The notes beneath the pieces were generated by a model that did no database searches, was not told where the DNA came from, and saw nothing but the letters and a program-made list of their open reading frames with translations. A DNA stretch of 64,000 bases from NCBI GenBank assembly GCA_030264375.1, contig JASCQW010000001.1, positions 112,833,132-112,897,131 on the forward strand. The letters run 5' to 3'. Shown here in pieces: positions 24,016-37,708 of this stretch (position 1 is the first letter of the stretch; every line of letters starts with the position of its first letter). The DNA comes from Carcharhinus longimanus. Lineage: Eukaryota. Both the position numbers and the translations under genes were made by a program.

Positions 24016-25699
24016 GAGAGACATCCATGTATTTGGCAGATTGGATGGTAGCATAAGATATTCAAAATAACTTTGCCAGGGTTAAGTAAATGGCTTGCAT
24101 TTATCTGACACCTTCAATGCAAGAAAATATATTAAGGCACTTGACAAAAATAACAAGAAATGACACCATGCTAAAGAAGGCAATATTAAGAAAGGTGAGT
24201 AAAGCCTGAGAAGAGAAATACTGCAAGTGAAAATTGGAAAGCCTATTTTAAAGACATTGTTAGGTTTTACTACAATACTGAATACGTAAGCACAAACAGC
24301 AACAGTAAAGGAATCTGATGATCGTACTCACTTTTCTGAAAATCTTCTTGGTAAATAATGGCATTATCACTCAGTGAGCTGTTGTCACATATCAACATGA
24401 GCAACAAGAAGTTCGGTTTGCATACATTACATTTCTTCAGTTCCTAAACTGAGATCAATTTATCAGATCAAGAACTGGCTAGAGCCTGTATGCAATTATT
24501 TTATTGCTTTGATATAATTTATTGGGATGGTGCTACTGTTCCTGTTGCCGCTGCTGCTTCCTAATTTGACTCACAAAGTTGTCCAACCTCTAAAGCCCAC
24601 AGATAACATGAGTGCAGTGGCTGAAATAAAACACTAAAGTACCGTCAATTTGTGCAAGAAAAATGTTAATGGATTTCTTATTGCTTTTTCTCATTTGATT
24701 CACATGTGGAAAACATTAAAACTTACACTACAGAATGCCTCGTCAAAGGAATGAACCAACAGCAAGACACAGAATGGAACAACTGATGAAGAATGTGCCC
24801 CAATCCAATATAGAGAATTCCAGTTCTGATGTTACTCTGGCACCAAAGTCACTCTGAAGTGGAACACATTGCCACATGTTGGATACATCTGTATCAACCT
24901 AATTTTCAAAGAGACTATTTTTGGTGTAATGCTACACAATCCACATCAACACAATGTGTTGCTATCAGATGCAAGTGGTACTAATTTACAAACCTTCTTT
25001 AAGCCTTTGAGGAATGCATTTTTGAATTCCAGCATTTTCTGGATTGCCATGATTGGTAACTTTAAACATTTGAGATTCAACAGAAAATTATTTTATCAAC
25101 TATAAATTGAAATATGTCCATGGATGTGAAGCTAAAGAACACAACACTGCACATAAAATTAATGATCAATAAGTTTGCTTGGTGGACAGAGTACAATACT
25201 GAATGTGTCAGGCACCCAAACTCAAAAAAAAACACACACAACTAGCATCCGGATGAACTCATCAGATTTTAAACCACTAAGTTGTTGGGTAGAAGTACAG
25301 TAAAGAATTTTTATCCTCCTCTGCTTATCACATAATGAAGAATTTGCTGAGTCATGGGCAGGGTACCCCCTCCACCAAGATCTTCTCTGCCAATTTCTAT
25401 GGCATTCTGCATGACTTGCCCAACCTGCTGTCAGAGAACCCACGGTGAGGGATCATCCTCAACAGAACCAGAAGATCCCGCCGCACAGAAGGGCTGAAAT
25501 ATACTGCATGTTGAGTCTCTTAGTTAGCCATGAGCTTTTTCTTCTATTAATCTACAAAAATGAACTTCTTTCAATGTTTACAGTTTTCCAACATATCTTG
25601 AACTGTTATAAACCCAACTGACATATGAAATGCATTTTTTAGTACATTTGTACATGTACAGAAGAAATCAGTAATTATTTGTTCGGAAAATTTAGTTGT

Positions 25700-26005
25700 C
25701 TATTTTTATTTCTTTCATGTTACCCATCCCAAATTGCTCTTGAACTGAATAACTTGCAAAGCAATTTCAAAGGGCAATCAAGAATCAATAACATTGGGTC
25801 TGGAATTATATGTAGGCCAGCAGATGGGTTTCTACAACAATCAGCAATGGTTTAATGATCACTATTACTGAGACTAGACGGATTTTAATTGAATTTAAAT
25901 TCCACCAGCTGTCGTGGTGGGATTTGAATCCACATCCCCAGAGTATTAGCCTAGCCTCTGGATTACTAGTCTCATGACATTACCACTACATTATCACCTC
26001 ACCAA
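25700..26005 (-). mobile_element. CR1/L2-group LINE 3' end
   Basis: Homologous to 6615-6935. Confidence 0.65.
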
Positions 26006-26299
26006 TGAACTTGAATTCATCTCTAATTGTTGGGCTGTTTGGCTATTTATATGAAAACTTCAGTGAGAAACAGGGGAAAAAGATGCTGCAAAATAGTAAG
26101 AATTCATTAAAATGATACTCATCTTTAGTTAACCTTACATCAGAAAGCAAAATTGAATAAGTTGTGGTGGAAAAATTAGCCATTAGTCCCATTCTCCTTG
26201 CAAGGAGCATTAGTGAATTTACCAATGAACCATGGCTCAGTAATAGCACTCTCTCTCTGAGTTAGTAGGCTGCTCTTTCAAACCCCATCCCAGAGACTA

Positions 26300-27150
26300 A
26301 CACTGATTCTATCATCCTGCTACACTAAGTTTTTAGCACAGCAGGCCAGGAGAATTCCAAGGTGGCCAGGATATGCATGAGCATTCGCCCTCTGCTAGCA
26401 TCTACCAGCACTGAATTTCTGACGGTGTCTGCTCCACATCAAAAATCAACTGGGAGACACGGAAATTATTTAAATAATCATTTCTCTGCAATTTAAATGA
26501 TGTTAGCAGGCTCAAGACTGAAGTCTCCAGGCCTGCTAGCCTCTCCTATCCCGCCAGAGTGTTTCACTCCAGCAGGAATTGCACTAGCTCCCCGCTTTCA
26601 GGGGACAAAGGGGCCCAACCTCGCTGGAGTGAAGGGGGGCATTCGGGGCCCCCCAGGGGGTTGGGCAGGGGGTGCTGCCCCCTGGGCATGGGCATCCTGG
26701 CATTGCCTGTATGTTCCCTCTGACATTGCCCAAGGGGCAAAATGCCAATGTCCAGGGGCACCTTGGCACTGCCCATCCAGACATGGGGGGGGTGGGGCCA
26801 ATTGGGACAGAAGCCTAGGGGGCAATTGGTGGGGTTTGGCGTGTTCCTGCTGCCACTATACCTAGGGATCCGTCGGAGAAGGAGGGAGGCCAGCATCAGG
26901 GCAGACAGCTGGACCCAGGAATGGTTGAGGTGTCCAGTGATCACGTCATGGAGAGGGTGGAGTGGTGCTCGGAGGGCCGATAATGCGGAGGTCATGGGGC
27001 TGGCCAGTGATTCAGCTGGCCAGCAAAGAGGGAAGTTGTCAGTGCAGGGCCACTGTGCATGTACTAATAGCATAATTAGCTATGATAAGAGGCCATTTAG
27101 CACACCGTCTCTACATCAGTTCTCCAAATTTGCAACGCAAAATTCTCCTG
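26300..27150. mobile_element. Non-autonomous TIR element related to 10734-11545
   Basis: GC-rich GGGCA/TGCCC-repeat interior and shared GGAATT.CACTAG/GG-type motifs; ends near GCAAAATTCTCC. Confidence 0.55.
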
Positions 27151-27950
27151 CCTTCTCCTTATACTCCTGCACACCTTTCCTTTTCAAATAAGTCGAATTC
27201 CCTTTTGAATGTTTTAATTGAACCTGCCTCCAACAATCTCAGACAATGCATTCCAAAACCTAACCACCCACTGTGTAAAAAGGTTTCTCCTCATATCAGT
27301 TATGTTTCTTCACTAATTACTTTACTTCTGTGTCCTCTCATTTGCGATCCTTTCACGAGTAGGAACAGTTTCTCCCTAGACCCTTCATGATTCGGCACAT
27401 CACTATCAAATCTCCTCTCAATCTTCTTTTCTCTAAGAAAAACAGTTCTAATTTCTCGGATCTGCCTTCATAATGGAAGTTTATAATCCCTGGAACCATT
27501 CTCATGAATCTTTTCTGCACCCTCTCTGATGCCTTCACATCCTTTGTAAAGTGCAGTACCCAGAACTGGATGTAATACTACAACTGAGGCTAGACTAGTA
27601 ACTTGTATAAGTTAAACACAACCTCCTTGTTCTTGCACTCTCTGTCGCCATTCATATAGTTCAGCACACTATATGCTTTATTAACTGCTCTCCGATCCTA
27701 TCTTGTTACCTTCAATGATTTATGCACTCATACACTCAGGCTCCTCTGCTCCTCCACTCACTTTAAAGTTTCACCCTTTAGTTTACGTAATCCCTCCATG
27801 TTCTTCCTACCAAAATGAATCATTGCTCGCTTCTCTGCATTGAACTTCATCTGCCACCTGTCTGCCCATTCTATTAACTTGATTAAGCCCCTCTGAAGTA
27901 TTTTGTACACTGTCCTCTTCTCAGTTCACAATGCTTCCAAATTTAGTATA
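27150..27950 (-). mobile_element. CR1 LINE RT C-terminus
   Basis: KASERVQKRFMRMVPGIINFHYEGRSEKLELFFLEKRRLRGDLIVMCRIMKG is a canonical CR1 ORF2 end. Confidence 0.9.
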
Positions 27951-27954
27951 TTCC

Positions 27955-28978
27955 TTCAGCTCCATGTGAGCTACTCTGCCATCACTTATCCATGGATGAT
28001 CTGTGTATTACTTCAGCTTTTATATCTTTGTTCTAATTCCCTTAATACCCTTATCTGACAAATATCCATTAGTTTGAGGTTTAAAGTTTTCAACTGGTTG
28101 AGCCTCAATAGCATTTGAGTGATGAAAATTTTACTTGAAGTAGTACTTCCTGGCATCACCGCTGAATAAACCAGCTCTATTTTTTTTTAGGTTTTCCCCC
28201 AATTCTGCTCTGAACACTCCACAAGAGAAAAATGTTTCTATTTAACCCATCAACTGGTTTAATAATCTTCAACAACCCAGTAGCCNNNNNNNNNNNNNNN
28301 NNNNNNNNNNNNNNNNNNNNNNNNNNNNNNNNNNNNNNNNNTGAGGCCAATATCATTCCTGAGGTGTGGTATCCAGAACTGACTGCAATACTCCAGTTGG
28401 GGTCTGACTGGAACTCTATAAACTATAGCAGAAATTCCATCCCTGTGTTCCAGACAAGATAAAGACTAACATTCTATTAACCTTTTGTTCAGAATGGCAC
28501 CCAAACATTTACTAATGTCTGTAAATGAAGCCCTAAATATCTGCTCATCCACAGTTCTTAGCTTCTCCCCATTTTTAAAATATTCTGATCTTATCTTTGA
28601 AATTTCAATTCCACCTACACAATTTACTATTATGGCAACAAACTTGGTGTCATCAGCAAATGTTCTCTATTCCTTAGTCTTATTGAAAAATACAATGAAA
28701 AAGTGAGACCCCAGTACATTTACTTAGGGATACTACTGGCCACATTCAAACAGTTGGAGTACACATCCATTACTTTCTTGTCTTCTATCATCTAACTTCA
28801 AACTTCTACCAATGTCAAAAGATTATTTTCCTGTTCTAAGCACTTTCTTCTTTTCTAACTGCCTCTTGTGAAATATTATTGAATGCCTTCTGAAAATCCA
28901 TATATATTTCATTCATTACTCCTTTCTCCACCATATTCGTGACCTACTTTAAAAAATCAATTTGGTTAATTAGACACG
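27955..28978 (-). mobile_element. Old CR1 LINE, decayed RT
   Basis: Minus strand TFADDTKFV (~28635-28662), MDFQKAFN (~28878-28902) and YCSQFWIPH (~28363-28392). Confidence 0.75.
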
Positions 28979-29440
28979 GCTTCCTCACCATCTACAAGCC
29001 ACAAGTCCAGTTGCCTGGATGAGTGAAATTCCAACAATGTTCAAAAAAAAATCAACACCACACTGGACAAAGCAGTCTACTTGATTGGCACCCCATCCAT
29101 AAATTTAATCTTTTATTCTTTCCACCAAAGCCACAAGATGCTCTGTAGTAACCAACCAAGGCTCCCTCGACAGCACCTTCCAAATCCATAACGTCTATCA
29201 CCTAGGAAGGACAATAGCAGCAGATGCATGGAAACACTACTATCTGCAGGTTCTCCTCCAAGCCACACACCATCCTGATTTAGAACTATATCACCGTTCA
29301 CTGTCACCAGTCAAAAAGCTCGAAGTTCCTTCCTAAAAGTACTGTGGGATTACTGACACCATATGACATATGGACAATTGGGAATGGGCAAAAAGCTGGC
29401 ATTTCCATCAAAACCCAAATATCACGAAAGAATAAAAACA
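28978..29440 (+). mobile_element. CR1/L2-group LINE 3' part
   Basis: CACCATCTACAAGCCACAAGTC..GCCTGGATGAGTG..GGACAAAGCAG..CAGCACCTTCCAAATCCA; homologous to 23530-24015. Confidence 0.75.
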
Positions 29441-29664
29441 AGTAATGGGCTGGATTTTATGGCCCCACTGTCAGACATGTAAAAATATGACAGGTAAAAA
29501 TATGACAGGTGGCTAACACACTGCCTTTTTACCTACCCCCAATCTGATCCCCATACTGATCCCCCATAAGCAAATGGGCACAAAAATTGGCAGCCCTCAC
29601 GCCATTTATTAAAAATGATAAATGAGCAATTGAGCTTGTTAACAAGCCAAATGACCTAAATATT

Positions 29665-29795
29665 ATAAAAGCAAAATACTGCAGATCCTGGAAGTTGTAA
29701 CAAAAACAGAAAATGCTGGAAAACCTGGTCTGACAGCATCTATGGAGAGAGAATAGAGTCAACGTTTTGAGCATGGATTACTCTTTGTCAGAGCC
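29665..29795 (-). mobile_element. Penelope-like terminus with degenerate hammerhead-like core
   Basis: Minus strand CTGACAAAGAGTAATCCATGCTCAAAACGTTGACTCT..CTCTCCATAGATGCTG..CCAGCATTTTCTGTTTTTG..CTGCAGTATTTTGCTTTT; sits inside a TIR-type element (~29446-30280). Confidence 0.75.
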
Positions 29796-30899
29796 AAATA
29801 TTATGTTGCCTATGCAAGAATATGGTTGGCATAGGCAGGTGGGCAGTATTGGGAGGCCTTTTTTGAACTTAACTTTTTAAGAGGTGTAAGGGAGCATACA
29901 TCCTTCAGNNNNNNNNNNGAAGTGCCCTGTGTGCACTGAGGGCATGCCTCACAAGATGATATCCCATTTGTACCTCCCCTTCTGGCCTCCAAATTCTGTA
30001 CCCACATCAAGTTTGCCTATGAGGTGCCTGATCCCTCCTTGTTCATAAAGCCCAGGACGTTGCTTAGTCCAGCATCCATTGCTCTTCTTCCCAGCGTTTG
30101 CTTGCAGTCCCACCAAATGCCTACTTGAATACTGGCAAACTGCACAATCAGCAGCATGTTAGTGATGCAGGATGGCCTTTTTTAAAGTTAGCTGGACAAG
30201 GGCAGTAGGTGCATGACAATCACCCCCTCTCCAGCACAGAAGTGTGTTCTGGTCATCAACAACTGCAGGATTAAAATTGAGATTTCAACACTTCAGAAAT
30301 GTTGAGTTCACAATATTTCCATTTTAGTCATATTGAAAATGTATCACGTGGCAATGCAGGAAGTCTCAGTGATTTGGCACTTTGGTGTCACTTTCAGGAT
30401 CACACTGTACCTATCTAAATTCTGATTGTTTATAAGTTTATTAACAGCTTGGCTTTTTGAAGCAATTACAGTTTTGCAATAAAGTGTAAAGTGAAATATG
30501 GCACTTCTCAAATGTATTTTCTACCTAGCTTCCAGGTCATTGTTAACTCTGGCCAATAACTCAGTGGGCAATCTGCCAATAATGTATTACTTCAATAACA
30601 AGATCTCCCAATACTGCGAGATAGTTGAGATGCAGGAGATGAACCTGCAGTATACTTTCATGCTTTTCTTTCCCATGTTCCCATCAACCTGGGTGAGATT
30701 CATAATTCAATATTAATATAACTTCTAACACTGCCCCAAAATAAGTGTCAGTGGTCTTAAATTTAAACAAAGACAATTACAGAGGTAACAGGGGTAAATT
30801 GGCTGAGATAGATTGTTTATCTACAGTATTATCTTTTAACCAAATTTGCCAATGGGAAACATTTAGATAAATAATTCCTAATCCTCCATGAATTACACA

Positions 30900-33225
30900 T
30901 TCCCTCGAGTAATAAAAGTTCCAGTGGAAAAGCAGGACGTTCATGGTAGACTAGTGAAGCAAAAGAGAATATTGGATGAACAAAAAAGGCTTAGAATGTT
31001 GCCAAAAATCTAGTCAGCCTCAGCATTCAGACGGTCTTAAAAATCAACAAATGATGACCAAGAAACTAATAAAGAGGATGAAAATAAAATAAGAGTAAAC
31101 AAGCAAGGAATATAAAAATGGGCAGGTTGCTACAATTATGTAAAAAGATTACCAAAGTAAATAGGGGTTCACTTAGAGAGAAGAAGAATTATAATGGGGA
31201 AATGGGAAAACGACAAACTCTTTAAACAAGTATGTTGTGTCTGCCTTCACAGTAGAAGGCAGAAAGAACTTACCAAAAATTTTTGGGAGCCAAGGGTTTA
31301 ATGAGGAAATTAAATTAATTAATATTGGTAAAGAAATGGCACTGAAGAAATTAATAGGGCCAAGATCCCTTGGACTGATGGTCTGCATGTCCAGTTATAA
31401 AAGAGGTGGCTACAGAGATACTGGACATGTTTATTTTGATCTTCCAGAATTCTCTAGCATCTAAATAATCCCTGTGGTTGAGAAGGTAGCAGATGTAGCC
31501 AGGCTGTTCAAGAAGGGGGGGGCGGGGAGAAAGAAAACAGGGAACTGGGCTAGTTAGCGTAACCTCAGTAGAAGGGAAAATACAAGAATACAAGCTTTGA
31601 TGATGAGGCACTTCGAAAATCAGAATATAATTAAGCCAACACAGATTTATGGAAGAGGAATAGCTTTTGATATAATAGTAAGAGTTTTTGAGTATGTCGG
31701 TATTTGAGCATACCAGTAGGAGTATTATATTTGCATTATCAGAAGACATTTGATAAGACACCACACATGAAGTCCTAAATTGCACAACCCCAATTCCCAG
31801 AAGCCACGGCAGCTGCCTCCATTCATGTGATTTTGGTGAGGTAGGTGGCTGAACCTTGAAGTGCATAGAAGAGACCTGATAGGAGCAGGTCTGAACATTG
31901 TCTATTCATTTAGATAGCCATTTTAGAGAACTACAGTACCCTATTAGATATCGTCTTGGGATATCTTTAGGGAGGATATGTGCCTTTTGTGATTGTTAAA
32001 AACAGACACAATATAAATGTGCCTAAAAGATGAATAAACTCATTCGCACTATTAAGCTGTCAAAGAACTGTCAAATCGGTCAAGTAATTTAAAATTACTG
32101 AGCTTTAAAGTTTTCAAAATGTGTAGTTAAAAAAAAAACCAGTGTTGGCAATTTCAGTCTGTTGATATAATTCTGAGGGTTGTTATTATAGGATGTATGT
32201 TGCATGACTGATTTTACAACATAACATTACCACGGTATGGTGTATGTTAAGTGAGCGGTTGATTGAAAGCTCCAAGAGGTTATAGAATATATTTGTTTGT
32301 TTTTATCAGGGATTATGCACTTAAATAAAATGTTTGTTTTCATAAAGGAAGCGATTAAGTACTAAAATAAAAGAGATTAATTAATGGAATTCCAATGTAT
32401 TGAATGATATTTTAATCAAGAGAATGACACCAGCAATAGACACAACTTTATCTTATGTCAGCATGGCTCCTGAGGTTTGCCTCATTTGCCTTATCAAGAG
32501 GACATCAGGTAAATTGGCATGAAAGGAATAAGAGCAAAGGAGTGGGTGGAGCCATAAGCTCACACCAAAGGATAGCACAAATTTAGCACTAAGGCTATTA
32601 AGGGATGTGGGGTGATTAGGAGCATGGATTAGACATGACTGGGGGTTTCTAAGGACTGAGGGAAGTAAGTTTTATTTGTTTTTTTTTACTTAATCTTCTG
32701 CATATTGCTAGGTCCTAGTGACAGGCCTTCTGGCCAGCCCACCTCCATCTCTGGCGACCACGGCACTCATTCCTGGGACAGTGGGCCTGACTTCTAATCC
32801 AGCCTCCCTCTCTGAACTGAGAATCTCAACTTCTGGAAATCTTTTCCTTAGATCAGGTTCATGGAACCAAGAAATGTTCCATTACTGCACACCCAACCCA
32901 GAAGTGAAAATCAGGACCTAGGGTCTGAGTGTAATGATCTAAATTTACTGATAAAACAAATTAAGTGGGAAAGAGTTTTGGAAAATGAAAAGGGCTGTAT
33001 AATTTAGATAATTGGACAAGGAGGCAGTAGTCGGATATAATGAGCAGAAATATGGAATTATCCACTTCAGTAGAAAAAACAGAATACTTGTTAAAAGGTA
33101 AGAGATCATTTATTGTTGGTATGCAAAGGGATTTGGATATCCTAGAATGTGAAGTAAAGTAAGTTAAACACGTGGATGAAGCAAGCTTTTAGCAAATGGT
33201 ACGTTCACCTTTATTGTAAGGTGCA
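30900..33225 (+). mobile_element. Decayed CR1 LINE (30900-31769 and 32920-33225) interrupted by a TIR element
   Basis: LNKYVVSAFTVE, RSLGLMVCM (KSPGPDG-like), LFKKGG, QHRF, QKTFDKTPH; after the insert KFTDKT (FADDT-like) and IIHFSRKN. Confidence 0.75.
31770..32919. mobile_element. Non-autonomous TIR element nested in CR1
   Basis: Left AAGTCCTAAATTGCAC versus reverse complement of the right end AGGTCCTGATTTTCAC (12/16 match). Confidence 0.6.
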
Positions 33226-36200
33226 TTCCCATTCTGCAATAGTGCTCATTATTCAGTAGTGCCAGTTCACCCCAACAACTGTTTTGCAGAATCTGTCAAT
33301 GACATAATTCTAAGAAAAGTATTTAGGAAAAGCAAAAGTATATCTATTGTACATAAAGGGTGGATACTATTGAATTATAAGTAATAAAGCTATGTTAGCA
33401 CACTAAATCCATTAAAACAAGGCAATGGCAGAAGTGCAATTAAAAATTGATGCCCAAATATCTTCTGCATTTTCGAGTATCCACTGATGTGGCAAGATGT
33501 GCAGAGCCATGAAAGGAGAGTTTCCCTGGAGAATTTTGAGAGTTGCCTTGAAACTTAAGAGCCCTCTTACTGCCCTGGGAGACTGAGCATTGTTTATGCA
33601 TCAGTCTATCAGCCATGTTTAACATACTGATGAAAGGTATGCTTAGGCAGTGCAGAATATTAATAAATCTCTAGTGATATCATCAAGTTCTGTGTTTTGA
33701 AGCTTGACATTAACTGTCTCGTGTTGCCACTAGTATCTATTTTATTTACTTTAAAAAAAACATTAATCTGGATGGCATTTAACACTGAACTGTGTCCAAA
33801 GAAAACACTAAAATTATACATCTGTGAATAAACAATATTTGAGAACTGTATTGTNNNNNNNNNNNNNNNNNNNNNNNNNNNNNNNNNNNNNNNNNNNNNN
33901 NNNNNNNNNNNNNNNNNNNNNNNNNNNNNNNNNNNNNNNNNNNNNNNNNNNNNNATTGTCACTGTTTAAAATGATTTGGTTTAACTATGAACAATCATGA
34001 TTGCAGAATTAAAGCAGCACTAACTTGAAATGAGACTCAGTACTTACAATGATTTACCAATATAATAAAATAACAACATTTGAATGTAAAAAATGTAGCT
34101 TTTGAGAAATGCCAACGTCATCAAATGGAAGCCATAATAGTGAAAAGACAACAAATCCTATGGTAGAGCTTCTAACATTTATAATAATGTGTATGTTTTC
34201 AACAGCTATATTTTTTGAAATTGGAATATATTGTTAGGTATCTAAAAGCCTGTATACATAAGAATGTGATCACATGTGTCTATTTTGAACCAATATAAGT
34301 CTTTAAATATAGATTGTGCTTTTTAGGCCTGCCAAAACAAGTTATTGCTAAATTTTCTTAAAAAATGGTATGAACTGTGGTCAAGGAAAATCGAGGTCAA
34401 ATCTAATATGAAGACTGTAGAGGAAATGTATGAATACCTGACATGCTCCTTTATAAATTTCCCCTCTCTTTATTTCAATTTCTCCCCCATCTTTACATTG
34501 CTAATCAAGGTTTAGGACACAACCTATCTACAGACTTCTGCTCTGCTTCACTTGATCTTGCCGCAGGGAGATTCACTAGAGCAAGTCTCTGAAATTCTGG
34601 GTCTCCGACAAGTGCCTGGCAGCTGAAATCAAGACCACAGAATGTGAGGAAAGGCATTGACATTAATCCATATGCCCAAAGCCAAGAGGGTTTTATGCCA
34701 AATGGATTGGGTCCTTTCATACCCGACTCAACTAACACACAGCAGCTTTGATAGTGAATTCTTGAGCCAAATACTCATTAGTTGAAATCCAGTGAGATCT
34801 ATCAGTCCAATATTACACCCTTCCTCCCACTTGCTTATATAAATCAAAACTGGCAAAGATTTTAGTCTGACCGACTGGGGGAGAAATAATTAAAATAACG
34901 GTTAAAAAATGACAAAATTCAATCTACTTTGGAAGGTTTTCCATCACAAGTTACAAAACATTCCACTTGTGTTTTACAAAGGTAGATTTTATTTTCAGTA
35001 TTGACAGGGGGCTATGGGAAAGTTTTGTTTTGGAGGTGTGCTAGTTGTATTATGCTACTGATAATAAACCTACGTCATTGACCAAGATTTTAGTAATTTA
35101 TCCTAATATCTACTTACGTGATTTTGTGCTAACTTTTGTTTAAAGTCATTCCTGTGAGCACGTTGAGATGGTTTTAACACATTAAAAGGTCCGTAGAAAT
35201 GCAAGCCATCAATTTGAGTGTAGGACAAGGTCAATNNNNNNNNNNTCAATTCTTTGTTTCTTAAATCACTCTCATTTCATCCTGCTCCCAAATTTATGCT
35301 AATGCTGCCTGATATTTAAAAGACTTTAATTTTATTAAATTAAGTCTATTGGTGTTTCAAGAGCCTAGTCTGAATCTTACTCATAAGAGGACATTTCGTA
35401 ATGCCTTCCCAGCACATGATAATGTAAAATGGTAATGTAAAATGAAGAAGCCATGCAGTGGCCAGTACACTCAATATGCAACGTTCCCAAACTTTCAGTG
35501 ATTAATCATAAACACTAGGAAATTAGCAGAAGCCTAAAACTTGTAAGTAAATATTGGGTGAATATTTGAAGTACGGAAGTGCCATGGGAGAGAAAGGGCT
35601 GCAGGGATTATTTTCAGTTTGCTGAAAACAAAGTATAATGAACCAAATGGCCTCCTTTCGCAATCGAAAAATGCATGTTTCCATATCCCTAGTGGAAGCT
35701 GGAAATGACCCTGAAGCAATCAGACTGGCTGGCCTTTATTCCCTCTTCTCCATTCATACTTCAATCTAGCCCTAGGAGTACTAGTCACAGAAAACTTACC
35801 CTTTAAAGTTGATGAAGCATGCATTTTAAAATTTAGATGATGAAGCATGACAAGTTAATCAGTCTGCCCCGTAAGTAGTGCAAATGGTGGTATTCTTACA
35901 CTAGCCTACACACTTATCAGCATGTAGACCTAGATCAGAATTTATGGACTAGCATTAATGCTGTATGATGACCCTTAATGTCTGAATATATATTTACTCT
36001 GCGCTCCTCATTAATGATACTTCAATCCNNNNNNNNNNATTCATCCACTTCCAGGTGTGGGTGCTTATTGTTTGGATAGTGGGCTAACAGCAACTTAAAA
36101 TTGAAAATTTTATAGAAGAAACATTTATGAACAAGCACAAGCGTAACAAATGGCCAGTGACATTCACTGACCGCAAAACATGGCCCAAGGTGTTCTGCTT

Positions 36201-37518
36201 TTGCTTTGTTTGTTAATTGCTGAATAATTCAGCAGCATTAATTATTTAACTGACTGAGAATCAGAACATCATTACAATACAAACAGTTTCTGCATTTCAA
36301 CTCATTGACCTAGATTTTCTGATTAATGTTATTTTAATGCTGGTGGTAATCTATTTATTTTAAATGGGTTACTGCCAGTGTTAAAAAATACTGATTGGAA
36401 AATTTGAAATTAGAAAACAGGACCTGAAAATCTGAATGGAACTACAGGACGTAGTCTTTGTCTTGTGAAGTAAATTGGATACACCTTTGTTATCACAGCA
36501 TCATAGCTTATGACAGAAGGGCCTTTTGAGACTTCAGCATATAATCATTCTGTCCCTTTGGTGAGTCAACCCAAGCCCAAGTAAGGATCCCATGCTCAAG
36601 CTATGGCCAATAACAGACCCAGGAAGTTTCAGGCGTTGGGAGAAAAGCTAGAATGGCTGAGGATCCTTCAGGAAGGGGATTTGTGTTTCATACAAGCACA
36701 AATGGGGGATTTTCTATTGCCTTCCCTATGTATTCTTTTCCCTCATCATATTGCTCATTGAAATTGAAAATGGGAATCAGCAGCTGAAAGGAAAGTGCAA
36801 GATTGAGGTGTGTAGAAATGAGCAGAGGATCTGCCCTTGTGCAAATCACTACTACAACTATCATTTCATTCAGCTCAGCTTTGTAAATAAACTTTAGGAT
36901 TTCTCAATTCAGAGAATCGATCAAAAATGGAAGGTTCATGAATTCATCAAAGACTGCTTGATTTCTCCAATATCCAACAGTATGCTGGTGACTAATTAAC
37001 TTGAGCTAACATGCCAACCAATAATACAAGAAATAGCAAACCAAACTTTATCTTCATCCCCTGTACAATAATCAAATGAAAAGAATCATTCATAGAAGCT
37101 GCCCAATCTTCATTGCATTCATTTAATCCCAATGAAACTTAGAAGAACAATGTAAGACTACTTCTACAGTATGATGACAACCAGTGTGGGACAAGCCCCC
37201 TCCGCTCAACTCCATGGGTCACTTCCTTGCAGTTACACTGGAGCAAACCAAGTTTTGCCCCTCACAAAATAAAAGATTGGCAGAGACGCCATTTCCTTGG
37301 GTGTTTGAAGTCAGGATAGGAGAACCATCAAAACATCCTCCAGGATCTGAAGCCAAAACGTAAGTTAAATTTTTGTTAGCCAAAATGTATTTTATCCACT
37401 TCCTAGTAACATCAAAAGATTATTTTGATGCAAGTAATTGGAGCATGCAAAGAATACAATCCTGCCTTATCAGACACAATACATAGCGAGGACTATAACG
37501 AGTCATTCAGCAGAATGA

Positions 37519-37708
37519 CCAAAGACGTGCAGATTAGATGGAATAGCCATAGTAAATTGCCCCTTAATGTTCAAAAGTGTGTGGGTTAGGGTTTGGCAGT
37601 GAAAATACATGAGGTTATGGGGATAGGGCTTGGGTAGAATGTTCTGTTGGACAGTGGATTCAGGCTATGAGCCAAATGGCCTCTTTCTGCACTATAGGGA
37701 TTTTATGA
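37519..37708 (+). mobile_element. HE1-type V-SINE, 5'-truncated
   Basis: CCAAAGACGTGCAGATTAGATGG..AAATTGCCCCTTA..AAATGGCCTCTTTCTGCACTATAGGGATTTTATGA. Confidence 0.8.

Noticed and set aside
26497-27191. Overlapping GC-rich ORFs of 120-170 aa (also 11063-11580, 14248-14637, 54645-55061)
   Set aside because: They lie inside GC-rich non-autonomous elements where stop codons are rare; no domain motifs
30498-30716. ORF with one LRR-like motif (LTLANNSV.NLP)
   Set aside because: Single unit with no repeat periodicity; compatible with chance
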